Shown here: piece by piece, positions 7,834-17,474 of the stretch
Layout: every line of letters begins with the position of its first letter
Numbering within the stretch: position 1 is the stretch's first letter
Source of the DNA: Vibrio vulnificus CMCP6
Lineage (GTDB): Bacteria > Pseudomonadota > Gammaproteobacteria > Enterobacterales > Vibrionaceae
DNA: 32,000 nucleotides
Assembly (NCBI RefSeq): GCF_000039765.1
Contig: NC_004459.3
Span: 2,721,127-2,753,126 of the forward strand
Reading direction: 5' to 3'
Translations under genes and position numbers: made by a program
The notes under the pieces: model-generated
Seen by the model: the letters and a program-made list of their open reading frames with translations, nothing else
What the model was told of the DNA's origin: nothing
The model's database searches: none

Positions 7834-9282
7834 TTAAACGTCGTAAGTCGTCGACGCTGTGTTACCGCCGGTACCGGTCCAGTTGGTGTGGAAGAACTCA
7901 CCACGCTCACGGTCGATACGCTCATAAGTGTGAGCACCGAAGTAGTCACGTTGTGCTTGCAGTAGGTTTGCAGGTAGACGCGCAGTTGTGTAACCGTCTA
8001 GGAACGTCAGTGCAGACGTTGTACATGGCATTGGAATGCCCGCTTCTAGCGACTTCGCCGCCACTTTACGCCATGCCACTAGGCTGTTTTGTAGGATGCC
8101 TTTGAAGTAGTCATCAGAACCTAGGAACGCAAGATCTGGGTTCGCTTCGTACGCATCACGGATATTGCCTAGGAACGCAGAACGGATGATACAACCACCG
8201 CGCCACATGAGTGCCACGTTGCCGTAGTTGAGATCCCAACCATTTTCATTAGACGCTTCACGCATCAGCATAAAGCCTTGAGCGTAAGAGATAATCTTAG
8301 ATGCTAGAAGCGCTTGACGAAGTGCGTCAACCCACTCTTTCTTGTCGCCTTCCACTGGAGTAATGGTCTTGCCAAATAGCTTCTCAGCTTCAACACGTTG
8401 ATCTTTCAGTGCCGATAGGCAGCGAGAGAATACTGACTCAGAGATAAGCGTTAGAGGAATACCAAGATCCAGTGCGTTGATGCCTGTCCATTTACCAGTA
8501 CCTTTTTGGCCAGCCGTGTCGAGGATCTTTTCTACTAGTGGCTCGCCATCTTCGTCTTTGTAGCCAAGGATGTCAGCGGTGATTTCGACTAGGTAGCTGT
8601 CTAGCTCAGTCTTGTTCCAATCTGCGAAAACGGCTTGCATCTCGTCTGCAGACATACCAAGGCCATCTTTCATGAACTGGTACGCTTCGGTGATCAGCTG
8701 CATGTCGCCGTATTCGATGCCGTTGTGTACCATTTTAACGAAGTGACCTGCACCATCGTTACCAACCCAATCACAGCAAGGCTCGCCAGCGTCAGTTTTT
8801 GCAGAGATACCTTGGAAGATAGGCTTAACCGCTTCCCATGCTTCAGGAGCACCGCCAGGCATAATAGAAGGGCCGAAACGTGCGCCTTCTTCACCACCAG
8901 ATACACCAGTACCGATGAAGTGGATGCCTTTTTCACGCAGCGCCGCTACACGACGGTTGGTGTCTGGGTAGTTCGTGTTACCACCGTCAATGATGATGTC
9001 GCCTTTATCAAGAAGCGGTACAAGTGCATCAATAAACTGGTCCACTACCGCGCCAGCACGAACCATCAACATCACTTTGCGTGGTGTTTCCAGTTTCTCA
9101 ACCAGTTCCTCAAGTGAGTATGCGCCAATGATGTTGGTGCCTTTCGCTGGGCCTTCTAGAAACTCATCTACTTTCGCCGCAGTACGGTTGTGAGCCACCA
9201 CTTTAAAGCCGTGGTCGTTCATGTTCAGGATAAGGTTTTGACCCATTACTGCTAGGCCAATTACACCGATATCACCTTTCAT
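7834..9282 (-). CDS. gnd: 6-phosphogluconate dehydrogenase, decarboxylating
   Basis: The product is 482 aa. The N-terminal dinucleotide fold IGVIGLAVMGQNLILNM is present and the protein is colinear with enterobacterial Gnd throughout. Confidence 0.97.
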   Translation of the reverse strand: MKGDIGVIGLAVMGQNLILNMNDHGFKVVAHNRTAAKVDEFLEGPAKGTNIIGAYSLEELVEKLETPRKVMLMVRAGAVVDQFIDALVPLLDKGDIIIDGGNTNYPDTNRRVAALREKGIHFIGTGVSGGEEGARFGPSIMPGGAPEAWEAVKPIFQGISAKTDAGEPCCDWVGNDGAGHFVKMVHNGIEYGDMQLITEAYQFMKDGLGMSADEMQAVFADWNKTELDSYLVEITADILGYKDEDGEPLVEKILDTAGQKGTGKWTGINALDLGIPLTLISESVFSRCLSALKDQRVEAEKLFGKTITPVEGDKKEWVDALRQALLASKIISYAQGFMLMREASNENGWDLNYGNVALMWRGGCIIRSAFLGNIRDAYEANPDLAFLGSDDYFKGILQNSLVAWRKVAAKSLEAGIPMPCTTSALTFLDGYTTARLPANLLQAQRDYFGAHTYERIDRERGEFFHTNWTGTGGNTASTTYDV

Positions 9283-9315
9283 TGTTTCTCTCCAATATAT
9301 TTCTTTCTGCGACGG

Positions 9316-10050
9316 TTAAGCGATTTTCGCTGCTGCGTCTAAATCTAAATACCATTCCGTCAGCCCTGCTTTCGCATGAATTTTTGCTGCCGGGTAAGGA
9401 AGTTCTTCCGCTGGATTGCTGTTGATCTCTTCAACAATGTCCGCTTTACCTGCACCCAGTACTAAATAGCTAATGCGTTTAGCCGCTTCCAGTACACGTG
9501 CCGTTTTCGAAACGCGAATTTGTCCAGATTCCGGATGAGAAGCCAATACTGACAGGTTCTCATCGTCATAATTCGTTTGACCTGGGAAAAGCGACGCCGT
9601 GTGACCATCTGCGCCAACACCAAGCAAAATCCAATCGAACACAGGTGTGCCATTATCGGTTGGAATAACGTCTGCCATTTCTTTTGCAAAACGTGCCGCT
9701 TCCACTTCTGGCTGTTCTTCGCCACGGATGCGGTGGATGTTTTCTGCAGGAATGCTCACTTGGCTCAATTCTCTTAGTTTAGAGAATAAAAGGGCATTCG
9801 CTTCACCGTAGTTGCTCTCAGCATCGTCTGGTGCCACGCAGCGTTCATCGCCCCACCAAAAATGAAGATTTTGCCACTGAATGGAGGTTGCGTACGTCTC
9901 TGATGCCAAAAGCTTAAACAGCATTTTAGGCGTGCTGCCACCAGAAAGTGAGATATGAACAGGTCGGCCCATTTCGCTAAACGCTTTCATGTCGTTTGCT
10001 AGGCTTTCTACTACCTGCTCTGCTGTTTGGTAGATCTTGTGATTGATCAT
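9316..10050 (-). CDS. pgl: 6-phosphogluconolactonase (DevB/Pgl type)
   Basis: Motifs SLSGGSTP and WWGDERCV are present. The ATG at 10050 overlaps the zwf TGA (ATGA), which supports this start over the track start at 10098. Confidence 0.9.
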   Translation of the reverse strand: MINHKIYQTAEQVVESLANDMKAFSEMGRPVHISLSGGSTPKMLFKLLASETYATSIQWQNLHFWWGDERCVAPDDAESNYGEANALLFSKLRELSQVSIPAENIHRIRGEEQPEVEAARFAKEMADVIPTDNGTPVFDWILLGVGADGHTASLFPGQTNYDDENLSVLASHPESGQIRVSKTARVLEAAKRISYLVLGAGKADIVEEINSNPAEELPYPAAKIHAKAGLTEWYLDLDAAAKIA

Positions 10051-11552
10051 AGTTCGCAGTAGTCCGTATCTGTTAGGTTTTTGCATGGGAAACGCCACGC
10101 GCGATCATCACGCTGCAGCAAATCGTCCGACTCTTTTGGCCCCCAAGTACCGCAAGCATAACCAAAGAGTGCTTGTGGATCTTGTTTGAAATCGAGGATA
10201 GGTTGAACGTATTTCCAACACGCTTCGACCGCATCGCTGCGAGCAAACAGCGTTGCGTCGCCGTTTAACGCATCAAGAAGCAGACGCTCATAGGCGGTCA
10301 GCATTTGCGTCTCTTGCAACGAAGCATAATGGAAGTTCATCTTCACTTCTTTGGCTTTAAAGCCTGCACCGGGTTCTTTCAAACCGAAGCTCATTTGAAT
10401 GCCTTCATCAGGCTGAATACGAATGATCAGTTTGTTTTCTGGAGCGTTTTGGCCAAATACCGGATGCGGTGTTTGTTTGAAGTGGATAACCACTTCTGTC
10501 ACGCGAGTTGGAAGACGCTTACCCGTGCGCACGTAGAATGGTACGCCATTCCAACGCCAGTTATTGATGTACGCTTTAAGACCAATGTAAGTCTCGGTAC
10601 GAGAATCGTCCGCTACGCCGTTTTCTTCACGGTAGCCAAGCAGATGTTGTCCGCGCACGTCTGATGCGGTGTATTGACCCAAAACTAGGTTGTTACGCAG
10701 ATCATCTTCCTCAAGCGGTTTTAAACACTGCAGAACTTTCACTACTTCATCACGCATGGAATCGGCGTTAATTTGTGCTGGCGGCTCCATGCCCACCATC
10801 GCCAACACTTGCAGTAGGTGGTTTTGGAACATATCGCGCACAGCGCCGGAGCCGTCGTAATAACCACCGCGCTCTTCCACACCAAGGAATTCGGCACCTG
10901 TGATTTCCACATAATCAATGAAGTTGCGGTTCCACAGAGGTTCAAACATGGCGTTAGAGAAACGGAAAACAAGTAAGTTTTGTACGGTCTCTTTTCCAAG
11001 GTAGTGGTCGATGCGATAGATCTGATGCTCTTGGAAGCAATCGTGTATTTCTTTGTCGAGCTGACGTGCCGAAGCCAAATCATAACCAAACGGTTTTTCA
11101 ATGATCAGGCGCTTCCAACCATCCTCTTCACTATTGAGACCGTGATGAGCAAGGCTTGCAGGAATAACACTGTAAAGGCTTGGCGGTGTGGCCAGATAAA
11201 ACAGTGTATTACGTTGTTCGAACTGGTATTGAGCGGCCAATTCATCTAAACGTACAACCAACTTCGCGTAGTCTTTTGTGTCTGACGTGTTGATGGCTTG
11301 ATAGTGAAGATGGTCGATAAATGAATCCAGAATAGCTGGTTCCGTTTTCTCCATTTCCTGAAGAGAGCGCTTTAACTTTTCGCGATAAGATTCATCGCTG
11401 TATTCAGTGCGGCTGACACCTAAAATAGCAAAGTTTTCTGGTAGCTGCTTACTTGCGTAGAGGTGGTATAAAGCAGGGATCAACTTGCGATATGTTAAAT
11501 CACCTGAAGCACCAAAAATTACGATGCTGCTGTTTTCTGGTATTACCATCAT
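10047..11552 (-). CDS. zwf: Glucose-6-phosphate 1-dehydrogenase
   Basis: The NADP site [15 protein letters not shown] and the active-site motif RIDHYLGKE are present. I place the start at the tandem ATGATG (11552/11549, MMVIPENSS) behind AAGGGAAAG. The track extension to 11627 is unsupported. Confidence 0.95.
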   Translation of the reverse strand: MMVIPENSSIVIFGASGDLTYRKLIPALYHLYASKQLPENFAILGVSRTEYSDESYREKLKRSLQEMEKTEPAILDSFIDHLHYQAINTSDTKDYAKLVVRLDELAAQYQFEQRNTLFYLATPPSLYSVIPASLAHHGLNSEEDGWKRLIIEKPFGYDLASARQLDKEIHDCFQEHQIYRIDHYLGKETVQNLLVFRFSNAMFEPLWNRNFIDYVEITGAEFLGVEERGGYYDGSGAVRDMFQNHLLQVLAMVGMEPPAQINADSMRDEVVKVLQCLKPLEEDDLRNNLVLGQYTASDVRGQHLLGYREENGVADDSRTETYIGLKAYINNWRWNGVPFYVRTGKRLPTRVTEVVIHFKQTPHPVFGQNAPENKLIIRIQPDEGIQMSFGLKEPGAGFKAKEVKMNFHYASLQETQMLTAYERLLLDALNGDATLFARSDAVEACWKYVQPILDFKQDPQALFGYACGTWGPKESDDLLQRDDRAWRFPCKNLTDTDYCEL

Positions 11553-11731
11553 CTTTCCCTTAAAAACGAGGTACTTGTTGTGTGCCTGGATACGGCTTAA
11601 AGGATGAGCCCACCCTATCAGTGACACCTAAAAATTGATAATCGGCCCTGCCTATTCCACTAATAGACAAAACCTTACAAAACAGTGAGTGTGGGTTGGT
11701 AATAAGAATGATTTGCCCGACACGGGGGCGT

Positions 11732-11746
11732 ATTGTCTACGACAAT
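11732..11746. promoter_or_regulatory. Perfect inverted repeat ATTGTC-tac-GACAAT in the zwf upstream region (candidate operator)
   Basis: Read directly from the sequence, about 180 bp upstream of the zwf start in a 337 bp AT-rich intergenic region. The bound regulator is unknown. Confidence 0.25.
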
Positions 11747-11964
11747 TTGACATACATCAATAGTTAGAATCGCAATCGTTTAAATTATGACTCGAAAATG
11801 ACATATCTATTTGTTATTAAAAGATTATTTAATTTAAAACTGATTAGACCAGTTTAATTGAAATGTGGGCAAATAATCAGCAAATATCCGCCCAAATGTA
11901 ATCCATTGCACGATAAGTAACAAAAACACCGCTCACATATTAAATTTGCCGCATAACCAGCAAA

Positions 11965-12651
11965 TTAACGATGAACTTTGCGATACGTTCGTTCAGGGCG
12001 ACCAACCGTACCGTAATTCAAATCGGCAGCAAGCTCACCCGAGCTGATCAAATATTCAAGATAGCGCCTTGCCGTGGTGCGACTGGCCCCGATTTGCTCC
12101 CCCGCTTCGTCTGCAGTATAGGAAACCTCGCCTTGAAATAAGGTTCGAATTTTATCAAGGGTAACCCCATCGATACCTTTGGGTAGCCGATTGGATACGC
12201 TTTCCTGCGTACTGCTTGCTTGCAGCATTTTATCCACCAAGCCTTGATTAAGGTCGGACACGGTTCCCAACTGCACTCGTTGCGCACGGTATTTGTTCAA
12301 AGCACTTTCCAGCCGCGGAAACATCACGGGTTTTAACAAATAGTCCACCACACCGCCACGCATTGCGGTTTGTAGCGTTTCCACATCTCTTGCTGCGGTA
12401 ATCAAAATAACGTCACAATGACGATTGCTGCCGCGAATTTGATTGAGGATCTCCAACCCACTGCCATCAGGAAGGTAAACATCGAGCAAAACCAAATCAG
12501 GCTCGAACACGGACAACTGCATTTCGGCTTCGGCTTGTGTGGTCGCAATGCCAATCACCTCGAAACCATCCATTTGCTGCAAATACTTATGATGAAGCTG
12601 AGCAATCGCCATATCATCTTCAATTATCATCACTCGGGTATCGGCATTCAT
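11965..12651 (-). CDS. Response regulator, CitB/DcuR family
   Basis: The receiver domain carries IIEDD, VLLDVYLPDGSG and LLKP. The C-terminal HTH is of CitB/DcuR type (SRTTARRYLEYLISSGEL). The ATG overlaps the kinase TGA (ATGA). Confidence 0.9.
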   Translation of the reverse strand: MNADTRVMIIEDDMAIAQLHHKYLQQMDGFEVIGIATTQAEAEMQLSVFEPDLVLLDVYLPDGSGLEILNQIRGSNRHCDVILITAARDVETLQTAMRGGVVDYLLKPVMFPRLESALNKYRAQRVQLGTVSDLNQGLVDKMLQASSTQESVSNRLPKGIDGVTLDKIRTLFQGEVSYTADEAGEQIGASRTTARRYLEYLISSGELAADLNYGTVGRPERTYRKVHR

Positions 12652-14267
12652 CTTTGTTCTTCCTTGGGTAAATAGACCGTCATTCTTGTGCCAAATTTGT
12701 CATTCTCAGCCATCTCTATCGAGCCGCAATAACGTGCGGCTAATTGATTGACTAAGTAGAGCCCAACACCCCGAGTGCTGGTCGCTTTGCTCGAGATCCC
12801 TTTCTCAAGCAGCTGCTCGGTGGAAAATTGTTTGGGCAAACCACAACCTTGATCCTGCACTTCAAGAATCACTTCCGTTCCGTAGTCACTGATGGAAACT
12901 TCAATGGTTCTGCGTGAACGGGCAAAATTGCCTTCTTGCGCGATCGCGCTCATGGTCGCGTCAAAAGCGTTATCAATCAGGTTACCGAGTATTGTCGTGA
13001 TGTCTTCTGGGTTCAGCCAAGCACTTAGCGGCTCTAAACGAGCCCCTTCTTCAACCACTAACTCTAAGCCAAGCTCACGCGCGCGTTCCGTTTTTCCTAG
13101 CAGCATGCCCGCGACCAACGGATCTTTGATGGTATCGCGTAGAAACTCGATCAACCCCTGATAGTGCGCCGTCTCCTGCCCGATAAGCTGTTGAACCGCA
13201 TCAAGCTCGCCCATCTGAACTAGGCCACTGATGGTATTAAGTTTGTTGCGATGTTCATGCGTTTGTGAGCGTAATAAATCGGCATACTCTTTGGTTTGAG
13301 AAAGCTGTTCAGTGAGCTCAGAAATTTCATCACGCAAACGAAAACTGGACACCGCGCCGACAATCTTTCCCTCTACGTAAACCGGGCTTCGGTTGGCAAT
13401 CAACCTCTTTTGGTTGAGGTAAAGTTCAATATCGTGATCTTCTTGTCCCGTTTCTAATACACGGTACAGATCACTGGCGGGCAACGCATCAGAGAGCGGT
13501 TTGTTCAGCACTTGGGCCGGATCTAACCCGAGAATCTGCGCTGCACTGCGGTTGATGGAACGCAGCACGCCACTCGAATCAATACTTAACACCCCTTCTT
13601 TAATGGTGCTCATGGTCACATCAAGCTCACCATATAACCGACCAATTTCTTCCGGTTCAAACCCCAAAATCGCTCGCTGAAATTTACGAGAAGCGTAATT
13701 GGAAACCAAGGCATTCGCAGCAACCACCAGTAACGTCATAGCAATTAAAAACCACGCAAATGGCTCTATTCTGTCTTGTAATCGATCCAGCAGATAACCC
13801 ACAGAAACCACACCGATCACTTCACCCGCCGAGTTAAAAACCGCTGCTTTGCCACGCACCGAATAGCCCAGTGAACCTCTTGCTGTCGAGATATACGCTT
13901 CGCCTTCTTCCAATGCTCGGGCGTTATCACCACCACGCATCGGCAAACCAAGGCGTTCATCAACGGGGTGGATCAACCGAATACCTTCACGATCACCCAC
14001 CACAATGAAGGCTGCGCCCAATGCTTGGGTTAGTTCTCGAAATTTTTGCTGATAGGTGACATCGTCACGATTTTCGATCAACTCGATAACCGTCGTAGAG
14101 GTAGCAAGAAATCGCGCGACACCGAGTGCCTTCTGCCCCATTTCTTGCTCTTGCGAGTATTTGAGGTAGGCAAAGCCCGCTGCTACGAGGATAAGCAACT
14201 CAATTAATCCGGAGAGCGTCATAATGACCAGCATTCTTTTACGAAAACTGATGCTTTGCCACGTCAT
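12648..14267 (-). CDS. Sensor histidine kinase, CitA/DcuS family
   Basis: Two TM helices flank a periplasmic sensor domain of about 150 aa, followed by a cytoplasmic PAS domain. The H-box THEHRNKLNTISGL, N-box LGNLIDNAFDA and G-boxes DQGCGLP and GVGLYLV are present. GAGG lies 6 nt upstream of the ATG. Confidence 0.9.
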   Translation of the reverse strand: MTWQSISFRKRMLVIMTLSGLIELLILVAAGFAYLKYSQEQEMGQKALGVARFLATSTTVIELIENRDDVTYQQKFRELTQALGAAFIVVGDREGIRLIHPVDERLGLPMRGGDNARALEEGEAYISTARGSLGYSVRGKAAVFNSAGEVIGVVSVGYLLDRLQDRIEPFAWFLIAMTLLVVAANALVSNYASRKFQRAILGFEPEEIGRLYGELDVTMSTIKEGVLSIDSSGVLRSINRSAAQILGLDPAQVLNKPLSDALPASDLYRVLETGQEDHDIELYLNQKRLIANRSPVYVEGKIVGAVSSFRLRDEISELTEQLSQTKEYADLLRSQTHEHRNKLNTISGLVQMGELDAVQQLIGQETAHYQGLIEFLRDTIKDPLVAGMLLGKTERARELGLELVVEEGARLEPLSAWLNPEDITTILGNLIDNAFDATMSAIAQEGNFARSRRTIEVSISDYGTEVILEVQDQGCGLPKQFSTEQLLEKGISSKATSTRGVGLYLVNQLAARYCGSIEMAENDKFGTRMTVYLPKEEQR

Positions 14268-14617
14268 GCTTACCTCTTTGCACCACTTAAAAACATCGAA
14301 AACTCAGTTAACTTAACACCGTTTTAACATGCAAGCTCTTACCACCCTCCGGAAGTGTGAATCGCAAGAAATAAATCCTCGTGAAATGACTATTTATTAT
14401 CCTGCAAGTAATACCTCTCAAATGTGAGAAGTGGATTTTAAATAAACAACAAGTTACATAACCATCGAACCAGTTATTGATCTAGATCACTGCGAATTTA
14501 GCTAAATTTGAGGTCTTTTTAGGGCGTAGGGCGTATACTTTTTGGGCAATGAAGCAACATCAAACTTGATTACAATAATAACGACAAGGTGGTGTCAATT
14601 GATAAGGAACGATCAAT

Positions 14618-14845
14618 ATGGAACGCGATACCTTTGGAATTTGTCTGAATAAGGCAATGCTGTCGAAGAATATGCATTCAACATTTACACACGTCAGGGC
14701 TTATGAAAAAGACGAACGGAGTCCGAGTGACCTGAAAGTCCTTTTATCATTCCCGCAAATGAGCGGACGGGATCTGTTGCAGACCATGCAAGGTTCTCGA
14801 CAACTTGAATGGAGAGCAGAATTCTTCTGCCCTTCCATGAAGTAA
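14618..14845 (+). CDS. Hypothetical 75-aa protein with faint, incomplete resemblance to XRE-type HTH proteins
   Basis: AAGGAA lies 8 nt upstream of the ATG and a dedicated terminator follows at 14869-14896. The segment FGICLNKAM...HVRAYEKDERSPSDLKVLL recalls helix 3 and the turn of HTH_3 domains, but the region is about 9 residues shorter than a canonical domain. Confidence 0.35.
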   Translation: MERDTFGICLNKAMLSKNMHSTFTHVRAYEKDERSPSDLKVLLSFPQMSGRDLLQTMQGSRQLEWRAEFFCPSMK

Positions 14846-14868
14846 GATAGCTCGCCTCTACGCAAAAT

Positions 14869-14896
14869 AGCACAGCTTTCGGGTTGTGCTTTTTAT
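14869..14896 (+). terminator. Rho-independent terminator
   Basis: AGCACAGC-tttcgg-GTTGTGCT (one G-U pair) is followed by TTTTT. Confidence 0.6.
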
Positions 14897-15083
14897 TATC
14901 TGTACCTTGCCCATAATAAGTTCCAATTTGCATAGGTGAGGCTTCATGTTTTAATAGACACATTTCCTTACCAAGATAGCAACTGCTCATTTCGCAATCT
15001 TGGCGAAAAGATAAACCCACAACTTAACAGTGGATCACAATTACTATATATTAGAGTCATTACTCTATTTTGCGATATCCATC

Positions 15084-16493
15084 ATGAAACGACACAGTAA
15101 GCTATTGATGATTGGGCTGCTCTCGAGCTCCATATCGCTCGCCTGTCAGGCGGCACCCATTACCTTCCAGCAGGCATGGCAACTTTTGCAAGAAAACAAC
15201 CACTCTCTTGCAGCGCAACGCGCCAATGTTGAAAGCCAGCAACATATGCAAAGCGCCTCCAGCAGTTTAAATCTGCCTTCTATTAGTGTTGGCGCTAATT
15301 ACACTCGACTAGACACCGATGTCACTGTATCTGGACAACAACTTCTCGACAGCACAGGCCAACATATTGCGGTTCCACCTGCCTTTCAACCCATTTTTGG
15401 GGCGTTGGCCAATACGACGTCTACCATCACAGAGCGAGATATCTTTACTTCTTCGATCCGTGCCATTTGGCCAATTTTCACTGGCGGTCGAATTTCCGCA
15501 GCACAAACAGCAGCGGAAGGGAAAACCGATGAAGCCAGAAGCCAACTGGCGATGGAGACACAAGCGAGATACGAGGACTTAAGTAAATACTATTTCTCGG
15601 TCGTGTTAGCCAAGGAAGTCTTACAAACACGTCAAGCGGTGGAACAAGGCTTAACACAGCATCGAGATTTCGCTATTAAGCTCGAAAAACAGGGCCAGAT
15701 CGCCCATGTTGAACGCTTACAAGCAGAAGCGTCACTGGATAAAGCTAAGGTCGAGACACGAAAAGCCCAAAGTAACCTCGATATCGCACAATCAGCCTTG
15801 AGCAAAATCTTGGCACAAAATGACATGGTCGAACCCGCGGAAGGGCTCTTCATCAACCAACATCTTCCTCCACTCACCGCCTTTACTGAGCAGACACTCG
15901 CCACCTACCCAGGCTTGGATTTACTCAGTGCAAAAGAGAAACAAGCCAGCGCGCTGATCAAGGCTGAAAAAGGGAAATACTACCCTGAGGTCTATCTTTA
16001 CGGTGATTACAGCCTTTACGAAGATGATTCGTTAGCCAGTGAGATGAAGCCGGATTGGCTGGTTGGTGTGGGCGTGAATATTCCACTATTGGAAAACACT
16101 GGCCGCAGCGACAAAGTGAAAGCTGCCAACAGTATGGTCTCTCAAGTTCAATCTCTCAAAGCACAAGCAAAAGAAGATCTTTCGGTACTGGTACAAAAAA
16201 CCTATTTGGAAGCGCAACAAGCCATCGACGAAGTTATCGGCCTTGAATCAAGTATTCGCCTAGCCAAAGAGAACCTAGATTTAAGAGAAAAAGCGTTCAA
16301 ACAAGGCCTATCCACTTCTTTGGAAGTGGTTGATGCGCAGCTCTATTTCGCGAGCGTCGAAACCCAGCAATCTGCTGCACGATTTCGCTACCTACTCTCT
16401 TTGACCAAGTTATTGGCGCTCAGTAGCGAAATGAACAGCTTCAATCAATATCAATCTTCTGCTTACCAACCGACTCAAGAGGCGTCGCTATGA
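15084..16493 (+). CDS. TolC-family outer-membrane efflux protein
   Basis: The start is placed at MKRHSKLLMIGLLSSSISLACQA, a Sec signal. The protein has the two-repeat OEP architecture. The stop overlaps the next ATG (ATGA). Confidence 0.9.
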   Translation: MKRHSKLLMIGLLSSSISLACQAAPITFQQAWQLLQENNHSLAAQRANVESQQHMQSASSSLNLPSISVGANYTRLDTDVTVSGQQLLDSTGQHIAVPPAFQPIFGALANTTSTITERDIFTSSIRAIWPIFTGGRISAAQTAAEGKTDEARSQLAMETQARYEDLSKYYFSVVLAKEVLQTRQAVEQGLTQHRDFAIKLEKQGQIAHVERLQAEASLDKAKVETRKAQSNLDIAQSALSKILAQNDMVEPAEGLFINQHLPPLTAFTEQTLATYPGLDLLSAKEKQASALIKAEKGKYYPEVYLYGDYSLYEDDSLASEMKPDWLVGVGVNIPLLENTGRSDKVKAANSMVSQVQSLKAQAKEDLSVLVQKTYLEAQQAIDEVIGLESSIRLAKENLDLREKAFKQGLSTSLEVVDAQLYFASVETQQSAARFRYLLSLTKLLALSSEMNSFNQYQSSAYQPTQEASL

Positions 16494-17464
16494 AATCATT
16501 TAAACCTGTTTTGCTGTCACTGTGTGCTGTCGGTGTCGTGAGCTGGGTCGGTTACAGCTTTTATCAAGCCTATCAACCAGAACCAGTCCGCTTGCAAGGC
16601 ATGATTGAAGCACAACAGTACAGTATTTCGTCTAAAGTACCAGGCCGTATCGACCAAGTCTTAGTACGGAAAGGGGAAAATATCACCAAAGGCCAACTGG
16701 TTTTTACCCTGCATAGCCCAGAAATCGAAGCCAAGCTCGAACAAGCGAAAGCCGGTGAAAAAGCGGCTGACGCCCTCGCTCAAGAAGCCGAAAAAGGGGC
16801 TCGTAGCCAACAGATTCAAGCCGCGAAAGACCAATGGCTAAAAGCCAAAGCCGCTGCAGACTTGATGGAGAAGACCTACCAACGCGTCAACAATCTGTAT
16901 AACGATGGTGTTGTTGCAGAGCAAAAACGCGATGAAGCCATGACACAATGGCAAGCCGCCAAGTACACCGAAAGCGCAGCATTTCAAATGTACGAAATGG
17001 CAAAAGAAGGTGTCCGCGACGAGACCAAACTAGCAGCCGCTGAAAAAGCGCGCATGGCAGCAGGCGCTGTAGCGGAAGTCGAAGCCTACGCCAACGACAC
17101 TCGCATCGAGAGCTGGTTTGATGGTGAAGTATCACAAGTGCTATTGCAAAGTGGCGAGCTTGCACCTCAGGGCTTTCCTGTCGTCACAGTGATCGATACA
17201 CAAGACGCTTGGGCGGTGCTGAATGTTCGAGAAGACCTACTGAAACACTTCCAAAAAGATCAAACCTTTTCAGCCTACCTACCTGCGCTGGACAAAAAGA
17301 TCGAGTTTAAGGTGAGTCACATCGCTGTGATGGGTGATTTCGCGACATGGCGCGCAACCGATGCCTCCAAAGGCTTTGACCTGCGCACGTTTGAAGTCGA
17401 AGCGCGTCCAGTAACGCCGGTAAACGATCTGCGCATGGGCATGAGTTTAGTGGTTGAGCTGTAA
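16490..17464 (+). CDS. HlyD-family periplasmic adaptor (YbhG/YhiI-like)
   Basis: There is an N-terminal membrane anchor, a lipoyl-like segment (ISSKVPGRIDQVLVRKGENITKGQLVFTL), an alanine-rich coiled-coil hairpin, and a C-terminal beta-barrel. Confidence 0.9.
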   Translation: MKSFKPVLLSLCAVGVVSWVGYSFYQAYQPEPVRLQGMIEAQQYSISSKVPGRIDQVLVRKGENITKGQLVFTLHSPEIEAKLEQAKAGEKAADALAQEAEKGARSQQIQAAKDQWLKAKAAADLMEKTYQRVNNLYNDGVVAEQKRDEAMTQWQAAKYTESAAFQMYEMAKEGVRDETKLAAAEKARMAAGAVAEVEAYANDTRIESWFDGEVSQVLLQSGELAPQGFPVVTVIDTQDAWAVLNVREDLLKHFQKDQTFSAYLPALDKKIEFKVSHIAVMGDFATWRATDASKGFDLRTFEVEARPVTPVNDLRMGMSLVVEL

Positions 17465-17474
17465 AGGTTAGCCA

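Noticed and set aside
8635-11249. Multiple 70-160-aa ORFs antisense or out of frame within gnd, pgl and zwf
   Set aside because: They are shadow ORFs inside strongly identified housekeeping genes. The same reasoning applies to the internal ORFs in the kinase, TolC, HlyD, permease, LuxR, agcS, M32, plsC, napGH and cysG-like genes.
11897-11910. TGTAATCCATTGCA as a HexR-type box
   Set aside because: Only one half-site (TGTAAT) matches the TGTAAT-N3-ATTACA-type consensus I recall. The spacing is wrong and the second half is degenerate.
14694-15020. A 108-aa minus-strand ORF in the kinase-TolC spacer
   Set aside because: It overlaps the better-supported plus-strand 75-aa ORF and its terminator. 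It has no SD, odd composition and no recognisable motif.
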